A DNA stretch of 64,000 bases from Candidatus Woesearchaeota archaeon (GTDB lineage Archaea; Nanobdellota; Nanobdellia; Woesearchaeales; ARS49). Made by a program: the position numbers and the translations under genes. Position 1 is the first letter of the stretch. Every line of letters starts with the position of its first letter. The stretch covers positions 12,938-76,937 of the forward strand of contig WJJS01000001.1 in assembly GCA_014729505.1 (NCBI GenBank), written 5' to 3'. Below the pieces are notes generated by a model. That model saw only the letters and a program-made list of their open reading frames with translations, ran no database searches and was not told the DNA's origin. Positions 1 through 9,894 of the stretch are shown here, piece after piece.

Positions 1-2013
1 AATAACAAGACGACCAGTGCATTTATTTTCCATAACCTTCTCAGCCCGTAGTAACAATTTCTCAGCAAACAACGGACAATCAATAACAAGACTTTCAAAC
101 TCCCCGCCCTCGCCAGCAACATTAAGACCTCTCTTTTCATGTAACCGCTGCAACTGTTTCACATCATCTCTGGTAATACTCCTGCCAAGCCACGACTCAT
201 CAAGACCATCACCAGCAATAGCAGTAAACCACAACACAAAACCATGATCGAGCAATTCGCGCATCTGCACCTCTTGAGGCTTATGCCACAAAGGAGAAAA
301 CATCTTGAGACCGAGCTCGTCACAAATACGCTCGATACGATCGCGCTGATATGTAGAAAACAAGGCCCCCGTTACGATACCTTGAATACCATACTGCTCT
401 TTTGCCGCACGAATAGTATGTTGCAGATCCAACAATTCCTTTTCCTTTTCACCAATAGTATTACCAATAACAAGAGGCAGACCCATTGATTGAGCCTGAA
501 GTGTTGTCAAATCAATAGTTGGCGTATGAAACATGAACGAATCAGGATTAGATGATTTCATCGTTATCAAACACGTCAACTCATAATTCTGCCTTTTCAT
601 AACATAAGCGGCATACGTACTGTCTTTACCTCCGCTAAATAGAACACCAAGCTTAACATTATGAGAAGGATAGAACTGAAGAAGATATTGTGACTTTAAG
701 AGTCCCTGTCGTTTTGCAAGTTTACCAATCGCATGATCAATTTTTGAACCGTACTGAGCAGCAATTTTCTTACGAGAAGCAAACTCCTCGGGAACACCCC
801 ATTCGCGAGCAATATCTCTTAACAATAACTTAGTAAGATCTCCAGAAATCTTATACTCGCCAGGAACACGCAACACATACTCGACAAGCGAACGATCAAG
901 AAAAGGAAGACGCAATTCAAGATGCAAAGCCATCGTAATAACATCATCACGATATAAATCACGCTCATACATCTTCAACAAACCCCACACACATTCCTTG
1001 TTCACATCCAGAGCCTTTTTATGACGTTCATACCCTGCAAAAATCTCCTCACTACCAAGACCAGAAAAAACAACCTTGCAACCATCCTCTTTAGCCAATT
1101 CACAAGCAAGAAAAAAAGTCAGTGCAACACCAACCTTCACCACATTAGAATCCTCAATAAGAGGAACAATACGAGACAAATACTGTGGAATATCATCTCT
1201 AGCAAGCTCGCGGACTTTAAGAGGTACGTCAAGAGCACGGGCAGCCCTTATAGCAGCATCAAGATCCTTAGCATTCGCATCTTTGATAGCCGCAGTGTAC
1301 AACGTGACTTCATGTCCATGATCCTTGAAATATTTAGCAAGAACAGTGCTATCCAAGCCACCACTAAACAACAATCCAATTTTTTGATGAGGAATTCGCT
1401 TTTTAATAGCCTCATCGAGCAAAGCTGCAGTTCTTGATTTAATACACTCATACGATTCAGTATGTTCGGGAAGATGCGTGACAAAAGAACGTTGTTGCCA
1501 AGAAACCGTATGAGAAGACACCTCAAAGAAAAGCAGTTGGCGAGGAATGAGTTCCTGCACATTTTCATACCCGAGATTCTCGAGCACTTTTTTTTCAGAA
1601 GCAAACGCAAAGACCTCGGTCGTATACACATACCACAATGGTTTGACACCAAACAAATCACGAGCAAGTAATAGTTGACCATCCCTTAGATACGCAAACG
1701 CAAAGACGCCGTCAAGAGAGGAGAGACACTCCTGACCGGACTCGTCGAGTACTCTGAGAAGAGCCTCCGCGTCATTTGCAGCATCAAGAACCAGTTCTTT
1801 CCAATTATAAATCTCACAATTAGCGACAAGCGTTCCACGACCAGACAAGGGCTGAGCAACATGATCAACAACAGCATGCAACGTATGACCAAGACAGCCG
1901 CCAGGCACCGGCTTCAATGCCTGTCCATCACGACCCCTCTCTTTAAGCAAACAAAGCGCTCTGCGTACCTGGGACTCTGCAGACGGGCCAAAAATACCTA
2001 CAATACCACACAT
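1..2013 (-). CDS. Asparagine synthetase (glutamine-hydrolysing, AsnB-like; N-terminal MCGIVG Ntn-glutaminase + SGGLDS PP-loop synthetase domain) fused in frame to a C-terminal MJ0570/Dph6-like PP-loop ATPase domain (LFSGGKDS...); 3' end runs off window
   Basis: Manual translation of minus strand from ATG at 2011-2013: MCGIVGIFGP...NCEIYNWKEL...LLFSGGLDSTVLAKY...KKIAAQYGSKIDHAIGKLAKRQ...VKLGVLFSGGKDSTYAAYVMK...EGGEFESLVIDCPLF, continuous frame verified block by block (481-900); no stop before position 1; not in ORF track because no stop inside window. Confidence 0.7.
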   Translation of the reverse strand, partial: MCGIVGIFGPSAESQVRRALCLLKERGRDGQALKPVPGGCLGHTLHAVVDHVAQPLSGRGTLVANCEIYNWKELVLDAANDAEALLRVLDESGQECLSSLDGVFAFAYLRDGQLLLARDLFGVKPLWYVYTTEVFAFASEKKVLENLGYENVQELIPRQLLFFEVSSHTVSWQQRSFVTHLPEHTESYECIKSRTAALLDEAIKKRIPHQKIGLLFSGGLDSTVLAKYFKDHGHEVTLYTAAIKDANAKDLDAAIRAARALDVPLKVRELARDDIPQYLSRIVPLIEDSNVVKVGVALTFFLACELAKEDGCKVVFSGLGSEEIFAGYERHKKALDVNKECVWGLLKMYERDLYRDDVITMALHLELRLPFLDRSLVEYVLRVPGEYKISGDLTKLLLRDIAREWGVPEEFASRKKIAAQYGSKIDHAIGKLAKRQGLLKSQYLLQFYPSHNVKLGVLFSGGKDSTYAAYVMKRQNYELTCLITMKSSNPDSFMFHTPTIDLTTLQAQSMGLPLVIGNTIGEKEKELLDLQHTIRAAKEQYGIQGIVTGALFSTYQRDRIERICDELGLKMFSPLWHKPQEVQMRELLDHGFVLWFTAIAGDGLDESWLGRSITRDDVKQLQRLHEKRGLNVAGEGGEFESLVIDCPLFAEKLLLRAEKVMENKCTGRLVI

Positions 2014-2054
2014 ACCACAAGAACAGAAAAAACGGTTTAAAAAACCTCTGACAA

Positions 2055-3866
2055 TTATAGATTACTGCGCTCAAGAGCAAGATTATGCGCTTTGATATAA
2101 TTCTCAACAAAATGCTTCCAATCCGCAGTCTCGGCGAGCTTTTTTGCACTAATGCGGTTCTCTGTACGTTCATGCTTTGACAAATGAGCAAAATCGTACA
2201 TGACATCAGTGAGTTTTTGAATCGCCAACTCCTCAGATTGTTTACGAGGAATCACAAAAATACCAGGAAAACGACCCTTAGCCTTGTCCTGCACGTACGA
2301 GCCAAAACCGGCCACGTCAGTAGTAACCGCGCTTACCCCAAGAGCACTAGTCTCAAGAGGAGTATAGCCCCAGGGTTCATAAAATGAGGGAAAGATACCG
2401 AGATTTCCGGCATTCAATGATTCTCGATACGTCAAATCCAACAAACCATCCGCACCCGTCAGATAAATCGGGTAGAACACGACCTTTACAGGATCATCCT
2501 CGTCATTAGCAAGACCTTCTTGACCAAGCATTGATAGAATAGGATCGGACTCTTCATGGTACAAATCATGAGTAGCCACCGGCGGTTTTCCCGACTGTTT
2601 TAGGCGACGAATCTTCACTTTCAAATCCTGCAACAAATCCTTATCAAAAATATTCTCCTTAGAAATTTGCTTTCCAGACACCAGCAAGTACGTTAAAGTA
2701 TTGCGTAACTCCTCGCCGAGATCATCAATATCATCCTTAATATCAAAAAAGTGAGAACGATTCTCCAACAATTCTGATTTAATGCTCTTCATACCGGCAG
2801 GAACCCAAAAGAACGTGATGATTGTCTTATTGGTTTTTTCCTTTTTGAGCCTCTCATTAAGACGGCTCAAGGACTTAATCAGCACATCAATACCCTTATC
2901 ATGAAACTCGTACCTTCCAGCGATAAAATAAATCAGCGTGTTTTCCAAATCAAACTCGTAATAAGGAAAAAAATAGTACATAAGAAACGTATGAATGCGT
3001 TGCTTAAAGATACGATGACGCACAGCAGATTCATCAAGAGTGGGAAACTTCGCAAAATCAAGACCATTTGTCACAATCACGTCGGGTTTTCTACCCAAAA
3101 ACTTCTCAGCCTCGGCACCAGTAATCGCACTAACAGTCGTAAACACATCAGCCTCACGAGCACAAATACGCTCCATCTGCACCTTTGCCCACAAGCCAGG
3201 ACCATGACGCTGCGCTTCACTTGGAGAAATAGAATCAAGCTGGTAAATATCCACTTTATTTGTTGCAAGAGTCCTGCCAAGCATAGTAGCATGAGTGGTG
3301 AATACGGATCCAAGAGGGACATTTCTGTCTTTACAATAGAGTAAAGCCGCACCAGACATCCATTCATGAGTATGCAACACTGTTTTTTTGTTGAAGATAC
3401 CGGTCAATTCCTCAACAACACGACCAACCGCCCAGGCCCACACGACAGGCTCATCAAAATCGTGATACTGCGTCGACAAAGAATCAAGCTTGAAACGCTC
3501 CCATAACAAGGTTTTTATCTCATTATTCTTATACTGGAAATCAGTATAATCAACAAGCATAACCTTAGGGGTGCCCTTAATCAACCATTGACCAGTATGC
3601 ACTTCAATGCCGACTTGTTTTAACCGTTCAAAGCAATCTTTGCACTGTTCGGGTACGGGGGTCTCCTCAAAAATACCGCGCAATTTATCAGGAAAATACG
3701 GTCCGATAAGGTAATAATTCTCATAATTCTCCTGCATAGAAGGAGCTTTAGACGTGACAACAGTGTAGATACCGCCAACTTTATTGCACACTTCCCACGA
3801 CACTTCAAAGAGAAGATCAGCACGAGGATCCATACGCTCATTCACGACTGCCGCGTATATAAACAT
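2055..3866 (-). CDS. Glycogen synthase, GT3 (eukaryote-like) family
   Basis: N-terminus EVSWEVCNKVGGIYTVVTSKAP...YYLIGPY closely matches the GT3 glycogen synthase signature (FEVAWEVANKVGGIYTV); 603 aa. Confidence 0.7.
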   Translation of the reverse strand: MFIYAAVVNERMDPRADLLFEVSWEVCNKVGGIYTVVTSKAPSMQENYENYYLIGPYFPDKLRGIFEETPVPEQCKDCFERLKQVGIEVHTGQWLIKGTPKVMLVDYTDFQYKNNEIKTLLWERFKLDSLSTQYHDFDEPVVWAWAVGRVVEELTGIFNKKTVLHTHEWMSGAALLYCKDRNVPLGSVFTTHATMLGRTLATNKVDIYQLDSISPSEAQRHGPGLWAKVQMERICAREADVFTTVSAITGAEAEKFLGRKPDVIVTNGLDFAKFPTLDESAVRHRIFKQRIHTFLMYYFFPYYEFDLENTLIYFIAGRYEFHDKGIDVLIKSLSRLNERLKKEKTNKTIITFFWVPAGMKSIKSELLENRSHFFDIKDDIDDLGEELRNTLTYLLVSGKQISKENIFDKDLLQDLKVKIRRLKQSGKPPVATHDLYHEESDPILSMLGQEGLANDEDDPVKVVFYPIYLTGADGLLDLTYRESLNAGNLGIFPSFYEPWGYTPLETSALGVSAVTTDVAGFGSYVQDKAKGRFPGIFVIPRKQSEELAIQKLTDVMYDFAHLSKHERTENRISAKKLAETADWKHFVENYIKAHNLALERSNL

Positions 3867-3928
3867 TTAACACTCTTTATGAGTAATAAAATATTTCTGA
3901 ACATCTTTTTGTTCATCCAAGCATCTGT

Positions 3929-6550
3929 TCAGTATTTCCTGAACAGCTTCACGATTTCGCCGAAAATCAAAACACTGGACGCTACAGCAGCAGCAATCAT
4001 CCAATCCATAAATGAAAGCGGAATCGTCTCAAAAAGAGTATTGAAAATACCAAGATGCACACTTGCAATTTGCAAACCAAAACTGAGCAACACCGCACCA
4101 ATCAACCATTTGTTAGACCATAACCCTACCGTAAAAATTGATTTCGTCTCAGAACGCTGATTAAGCACGTTAAACAACTGGAAAAGAACCAAGGTAGTAA
4201 AAGCCATCGTTTGCGCATATGTTTTATTCACCTCAGGCTCGTACCATTCAAACACAAAAAGAGTGCCAGCCATCATCAAAAGGCCAATAAACAACATAAG
4301 ACCTGCCCTGCTCTTGTTAACAATCTTTTCATCAATATCGCGAGGCTTTCGCTCCATAACTCCCGGTTCTTTAGGATCAACACTTAAACTCGTCGCAGGC
4401 AATAAATCAGTGGCAAGATTAATCCACAAAATCTGTCTTGCAGTTAACGGATCAATAAGGCCGAGAAGCGTTGCCACAAAAATAGTCAAAATCTCGCCGA
4501 CATTGCTTGATAACAAGTATATGACAAACTTCTTGATGTTATCATAAATAACGCGACCTTCTTCAACTGCACGAACAATAGTTGCAAAATTATCATCGGC
4601 AAGAATCATATCGCTGGCCTGACGAGAAACATCAGTACCAGTGATACCCATTGCAATGCCAAGATCAGCCTTCTTTAAAGCAGGAGCATCATTAGCACCG
4701 TCACCCGTCATAGCAACAATATGCCTGTTCTTACGCAGTGCATCGACAATATGCAGTTTATCCTCTGGATTAACACGGGCATAAATACTAATCTTTTCAA
4801 CATCACGCGAAAGATTGATAGACTCAAGCTCTACACCCTCAATAGCCCTGCCCTCAAGACCAATCTGTTTACCAATCGCTTTAGCAGTACCGAGATGATC
4901 GCCAGTAATCATCACCACCTTGATACCTGCAGCATTGCACGTCTTAATTGCTTTTTTAACCTCCTCTCGAGGAGGGTCAATCATGCCCTGCAACCCAATA
5001 AAGATCATGCTCTTTTCAATATCATCATGACTCAATTCATCCTTGAACTCCTTATAACAAAAACCAAGAACGCGCAAAGCCTGACTGGTAAATTCATCAT
5101 TTGTTTCAAGAATATGATCCCGATCCTCTTTAGTCAGCCGACGAACCTTTCCATCAACCAACATATGAGTACAAAAACCAAGCACCACTTCAGGAGCGCC
5201 CTTCGTATACGCCGTCTTCTTACCTTCAAAAGTGGAATGAATCGTCGTCATACACTTGCGTTCAGAACTAAAATCGATTTCATCAACGCGCGTATTATCA
5301 GAACGCACCTTGTCAAGATCAATACCTGACTTTGCTGCACTGACCAATAAAGCACCTTCAGTAGGGTCACCGACAATACTATGACGGCCCTGCTCCACAT
5401 CAAGCTGGGCATTATTGTTCAACACTCCTGCACGCAATAACGTATCAAGAGAGGATGTCTCTTTGGAAAAATCACCCTTTGGTTCATAACCAGAACCAGT
5501 TACCTGAACCACCTGTCCATCAACATACAGTTTTTTAACAGTCATCTCGTTATGCGTCAGCGTACCCGTTTTATCGGTACAAATCACCGTACACGCGCCC
5601 AGCGTTTCAACACTTGGAAGCTTGCGCATCAACGCCTTCTTCTTAGCCATGCGCTGCACGCCAAGAGCAAAAGCAATAGTAACCACTGCAGGCAAACCCT
5701 CAGGAATAGCAGCGACTGCAAGGGCAACAGCCTTTTCAAACACTTCAAGAAGATTTTTACCCAACAACACATCAACGCCAATCATCACCATAGCGATCAA
5801 GACCACCGCAGCAGTAAGCTGATATGCCAGTTTCTTGAGATCCTTTTGTATCGGCGTGGGCTCGCTTTTTGTCTTTTTGAGCATAGTTGCAATCTTACCG
5901 ATCTCAGTACGCATGCCAGTAGAAGTGACAACCGCCTTGCCGTGACCGGCAGTAACTGTCGTGCCAGAAAACACCATATTCTTCTGATCACCAATAGACA
6001 AACGATCAGCAATTCTCTTCACATCCTTTTTAACAGGAACAGATTCCCCGGTCAAAGCCGCTTCCTGCGTTTGCACATTCACCGCATCAATAAGACGAGC
6101 ATCTGCAGGCACAATATTACCTGTCTCCAGCACAATAATATCGCCCTTCACCACTTCTTCAGCAGGAATTTCGCGCCGACGACCATCACGAATAACAATG
6201 GCCTTAGGACTCACCATCTTACGCAATGCTTCAATAGATTCCTCGGCCTTATACTCCTGCCAAAAACCAAACAACGCATTAGCAATAACAACAATTGTAA
6301 TAACGTAAAAATCAATAAACTCTTGTAAAAACAAAGAAATACCCATCGCTGCCAAGAGAATCCAGACAAGAGGACTTGTAAACTGATGCAAGAAGATCAC
6401 AAACGGACTTATCTTCTTTTCACGCTCAAGAGCATTTTTACCAAACTTTTGCAAACGCTCCTTAGCCTGAGATTGTGATAATCCTTCCTTAGAAGAAGCA
6501 ACCTTATCAAATACCTTCTCCAAAGGCAGTTGATACCACTCTTTTTCCAT
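3929..6550 (-). CDS. P-type ATPase, type IIA (SERCA/PMR1-like Ca2+-transporting)
   Basis: DKTGTLT phosphorylation motif, [11 protein letters not shown] (TM4 PEGL), [49 protein letters not shown] (type II TM6 signature). Confidence 0.85.
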   Translation of the reverse strand: MEKEWYQLPLEKVFDKVASSKEGLSQSQAKERLQKFGKNALEREKKISPFVIFLHQFTSPLVWILLAAMGISLFLQEFIDFYVITIVVIANALFGFWQEYKAEESIEALRKMVSPKAIVIRDGRRREIPAEEVVKGDIIVLETGNIVPADARLIDAVNVQTQEAALTGESVPVKKDVKRIADRLSIGDQKNMVFSGTTVTAGHGKAVVTSTGMRTEIGKIATMLKKTKSEPTPIQKDLKKLAYQLTAAVVLIAMVMIGVDVLLGKNLLEVFEKAVALAVAAIPEGLPAVVTIAFALGVQRMAKKKALMRKLPSVETLGACTVICTDKTGTLTHNEMTVKKLYVDGQVVQVTGSGYEPKGDFSKETSSLDTLLRAGVLNNNAQLDVEQGRHSIVGDPTEGALLVSAAKSGIDLDKVRSDNTRVDEIDFSSERKCMTTIHSTFEGKKTAYTKGAPEVVLGFCTHMLVDGKVRRLTKEDRDHILETNDEFTSQALRVLGFCYKEFKDELSHDDIEKSMIFIGLQGMIDPPREEVKKAIKTCNAAGIKVVMITGDHLGTAKAIGKQIGLEGRAIEGVELESINLSRDVEKISIYARVNPEDKLHIVDALRKNRHIVAMTGDGANDAPALKKADLGIAMGITGTDVSRQASDMILADDNFATIVRAVEEGRVIYDNIKKFVIYLLSSNVGEILTIFVATLLGLIDPLTARQILWINLATDLLPATSLSVDPKEPGVMERKPRDIDEKIVNKSRAGLMLFIGLLMMAGTLFVFEWYEPEVNKTYAQTMAFTTLVLFQLFNVLNQRSETKSIFTVGLWSNKWLIGAVLLSFGLQIASVHLGIFNTLFETIPLSFMDWMIAAAVASSVLIFGEIVKLFRKY

Positions 6551-6648
6551 ATCCTGATGTACGCGCTAATAATTATATAATAGTTTCTATACCTGCTCTG
6601 GCAGACGACAAAAAATTTATATGCGTTGCACGTAACCGTCTAATAAAA

Positions 6649-7491
6649 ATGGTGAATGCAAGCGACCTGCTCACAACAACATACGTAACCTGTGATGTAA
6701 ACGACAGAATCTCCTCATTATTAGGAAAAATGAAACGAGCACAGGAAGGAGCTGCAGTCGTAACAAAAAAAGGAAACTATCTTGGCATTGTACATCGCAG
6801 TGCATTTCTCGTCTCGCGAGCGCATGCCAGCGATACAAAAGTAGCAAATATTTACCAACGCCGAAGCAAAGCAAAATCAAACTTTTTTGTACCAACATTA
6901 TCACGCACTTCTTCACTGCCAGTCATGTGCAAACGCATGCTGCAAAGCAATTCACGCATGCTGCCCGTCATGGAAAAAGACCGACTAATAGGAGTAGTTA
7001 AAGATATGGAGTTACTTAAGGCGATAGCTCCAGATTTCTCATCAATACCTGCATTTGAACTGGCAAGCACAGATTCAATAACGGTGAGAGAAAACAACGT
7101 TATTTATGCGGCCATGACTGCTATGAAAAAACACAAGATCGGACACATTCCTGTAGTGGATAAGAACGGAAAACTGTTAGGAATCCTCAGCGGTTATGAT
7201 TATCTGGAAATGCACTTACACTCACGATCACGAATGCATCAGTCACGCAAAGGAACACATTCTGACTACAAAAACCGAGGATTTGATACGGGCGAAAAAA
7301 TAAGTCTTGGAGACTTACCAGTACGAGATTTTATGAGCGAAAAAGTAATCACTGCAACGCCGCGCACAACAATCGCACAATGCATACAACTCATGATAGA
7401 CAATAATGCGCACAGCATTGTTCTCACACGATACGACAAGCCAGTAGGAGTACTTACCTGTCACGATATATTTATTCACGCCGCTCAATAG
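6649..7491 (+). CDS. CBS-domain pair protein (two tandem CBS pairs)
   Basis: Repeated hydrophobic-G-hhxxxD CBS-like segments (LGIVHRSAFL, LIGVVKDMELL, LLGILSGYDYL, VGVLTCHDIF); no other domain recognised. Confidence 0.55.
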   Translation: MVNASDLLTTTYVTCDVNDRISSLLGKMKRAQEGAAVVTKKGNYLGIVHRSAFLVSRAHASDTKVANIYQRRSKAKSNFFVPTLSRTSSLPVMCKRMLQSNSRMLPVMEKDRLIGVVKDMELLKAIAPDFSSIPAFELASTDSITVRENNVIYAAMTAMKKHKIGHIPVVDKNGKLLGILSGYDYLEMHLHSRSRMHQSRKGTHSDYKNRGFDTGEKISLGDLPVRDFMSEKVITATPRTTIAQCIQLMIDNNAHSIVLTRYDKPVGVLTCHDIFIHAAQ

Positions 7492-8320
7492 AAACGCCGG
7501 GAGTAAGAAGTTCCCGCGTAGATAAAGGACAGACAAACGAGGGCAACACTGGTTCTCCAGTACTTCGATTTTCAATTGTCGCGTCATGTCGTGATTGATC
7601 TCTTGAAAGAATGGCTCCGCGTGTTGCACGAAAATGAGTATACAAACGCGCAGCAAGTTCTTGCTCTGTAGGACCAACAATAGTATATTGTTGTCCATTG
7701 GACAATAAATGAACCTGCAACGGCATCTTATACGGCAAAACCAGTTCAGGACCATGAGCACTATTATCAAGATCCTGAGCAGACGCTGCAGAACCATTAG
7801 GATGCGAATGCCAGGTCAGTACATACTCGTGATTCGTTTGAGGACGACCATACGTGTGAGGCAAAATATGTTGACGAGCAACATGTTCAAGAACCTTACA
7901 ATCATCATCACTCCATTCATTTTTTGAAAGCAAAGGACGCGCTTTATCAATCGCTTCTACAACGCCAGTATTACCGGTACGCACGTGCACCCGGCGGGCG
8001 CGAGCAAACAGGCTCTTCATATTGTCAAGATGCTGTGCAGAACCCTCACGTAATTCATTGACATACTCGATCAAGTCAAGAAATTCATTACGCAAAGGAA
8101 CAACAATATAGCGTCCGTTACTCTCGCGGACAATACCGCCAGTTTCATACCCTTGTGTCAACTCGTGATTAGTCTGACTAAGCAAATCACTGCGTGTTTG
8201 ACTGTCCTCAAGCATTTGCATAACGCGAGGACGAATCTCGTCAAGAGAAATGGTGTGCTCGGGCGCGGTACAACCCGCAAGACCGGCCAGTACTATTGTT
8301 GCTAAACGTCGTCCACTCAT
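7472..8320 (-). CDS. Secreted lipoprotein, hypothetical (signal peptide + lipobox LAGC); contains HSHP...D motif
   Basis: N-terminus MSGRRLATIVLAGLAGCTAPE = signal peptide with canonical lipobox L-A-G-C; immediately downstream of lgt in same orientation. Confidence 0.5.
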   Translation of the reverse strand: MSGRRLATIVLAGLAGCTAPEHTISLDEIRPRVMQMLEDSQTRSDLLSQTNHELTQGYETGGIVRESNGRYIVVPLRNEFLDLIEYVNELREGSAQHLDNMKSLFARARRVHVRTGNTGVVEAIDKARPLLSKNEWSDDDCKVLEHVARQHILPHTYGRPQTNHEYVLTWHSHPNGSAASAQDLDNSAHGPELVLPYKMPLQVHLLSNGQQYTIVGPTEQELAARLYTHFRATRGAILSRDQSRHDATIENRSTGEPVLPSFVCPLSTRELLTPGVSIERRE

Positions 8321-8344
8321 AAAATATATATTGGGAAATATATG

Positions 8345-9133
8345 TTATAAAGGTTTCGGTGATTGGCGATACTGATAATAGAGTATTGCGCTGCCCGCGA
8401 TACACATAACGATATTGAACACCTGACCCAAGGTCAAACCAAGCAGACTTGGTTCGCCCACACGCAAAAACTCAGTACAAAAGCGAAACACTGCATATAA
8501 AATGAGCCAGATCGCAAGAAGACTTCCCGGACGAAGACCGCGATCACGCAAAAGCCACAGCACTACAAAAATAACAACATTATACGCGACTTCATACAAC
8601 TGGTTTGGATGACGAAACACCAATTGACCAAAAGCGTCAGTTTCACCACCAAAATTAACACCCCAGGGAAGCGACGTGACACGACCAAACAGTTCGCCAT
8701 TAATGAAATTACCCATCCTGCCAAAGGCTTGCCCAAGGGAAAGCGGCACAATCAAAAGATCGCCAAGCGAGAGCAACGATAAGCCAAAACGACGAGCAAG
8801 AATATACGCAGTAATAATCATCGCTACAAGAGAACCATGAAAACTAAGACCACCCTTCCAAATAGCAAGAATTTCAACAGGATGAGCAAAATAATAACCG
8901 GGCTGCCAAAACAGAACCTCAAACAGCCGCGCTCCAATAATCAACGCAACAACAAGCCAGACCATGAGCGAGTCCAACTGCTCAAGAGTAAGCGCAGTCT
9001 TTTCTTGACGAATACGACGACGAACATACCAGTACGCAAACAAAAAGGCCAAGACGTACATCACGCCATACCAATGAATCCTCAAAGGGCCAATACTAAT
9101 GAGGACCGGATCAATCGTGTGAATCCATACCAT
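8345..9133 (-). CDS. lgt: Prolipoprotein diacylglyceryl transferase (Lgt)
   Basis: IDPVLISIGPLRIHWYGVMYVLAFLFAYW N-terminus and GQAFGRMGNFINGELFGR signature align with bacterial Lgt (E. coli GAGRLGNFINGELWGR); polytopic membrane protein 262 aa. Confidence 0.85.
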   Translation of the reverse strand: MVWIHTIDPVLISIGPLRIHWYGVMYVLAFLFAYWYVRRRIRQEKTALTLEQLDSLMVWLVVALIIGARLFEVLFWQPGYYFAHPVEILAIWKGGLSFHGSLVAMIITAYILARRFGLSLLSLGDLLIVPLSLGQAFGRMGNFINGELFGRVTSLPWGVNFGGETDAFGQLVFRHPNQLYEVAYNVVIFVVLWLLRDRGLRPGSLLAIWLILYAVFRFCTEFLRVGEPSLLGLTLGQVFNIVMCIAGSAILYYQYRQSPKPL

Positions 9134-9893
9134 ATGTAGCTAATGAAAAAAGACGAATAAATGATAAGAGCGGAAACAGCGCAAGACCAACAACAAATCC
9201 TGCAAAAGGACTTAACAGATTGACGCTATAGATAATGACCTGAGCGAAAGCAAGACTGCCGGCAATCACGACCATCATAGGAACAAAGAGTTTCCAACGT
9301 CGAAGCCCGAGACGAAACGCGTAACGCACATTCAAGGAACCATACGAAATAAGAGCGAAATACACAAGAGCGACAAGCAAGATATAGAACGGAATAAAAG
9401 GCCATACAGGTTTTGTCGTCGAAGTAAGCGATGCAATAAGAGTGTAGCGCAAATCAACATAGAGCAAAGCAAAAAACAACACAAGACCGGAGATAAACCA
9501 TGGCAGATTTACCAAAAAGAAACGAAGAAAAAACCTCTTGACTTCATACATAAGCAAGCGTCTAGACAAATGCCACGCCAAACCCTGAAGAACACCATAC
9601 ACGACGTAAGCAATCAAACCCGCAAGCAGCGTATATAGCACAAACCGCAGTACAAGAGGTTGCAAAGTGCTATGAGACACTAACGTCCACACACTAAACG
9701 AGTCAAGCTGTTGCAACACTTGACCGATACCAGTAGTCAGCGTAAAGGACAATTCCAGTAAACGATCAACAACAGGAGCAGTAGCAAAACCTAGCACAAA
9801 AAGAAAAGAGACATCAATAAGACCAAGAGCAAGCACCACTAACACATTGTTTTTCATCACTCGTGCAGTATAGTAAATACTCTTTTGTAACAT
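9111..9893 (-). CDS. Polytopic membrane protein, hypothetical
   Basis: Multiple hydrophobic helices throughout 260 aa; overlaps lgt start, same strand (operon). Confidence 0.45.
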   Translation of the reverse strand: MLQKSIYYTARVMKNNVLVVLALGLIDVSFLFVLGFATAPVVDRLLELSFTLTTGIGQVLQQLDSFSVWTLVSHSTLQPLVLRFVLYTLLAGLIAYVVYGVLQGLAWHLSRRLLMYEVKRFFLRFFLVNLPWFISGLVLFFALLYVDLRYTLIASLTSTTKPVWPFIPFYILLVALVYFALISYGSLNVRYAFRLGLRRWKLFVPMMVVIAGSLAFAQVIIYSVNLLSPFAGFVVGLALFPLLSFIRLFSLATYGMDSHD

Positions 9894-9894
9894 A

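Noticed and set aside
5552-6328. 258-aa plus-strand ORF (and 4721-5329) antisense to the P-type ATPase
   Set aside because: Antisense shadow ORFs. The ATPase frame carries all the conserved motifs.
7472-8320. JAMM/MPN metalloprotease assignment for the lipoprotein based on HSHP...D
   Set aside because: Spacing is HxH-x6-S-x2-D, not the canonical x7. The upstream Glu is not identifiable. Too weak to call.
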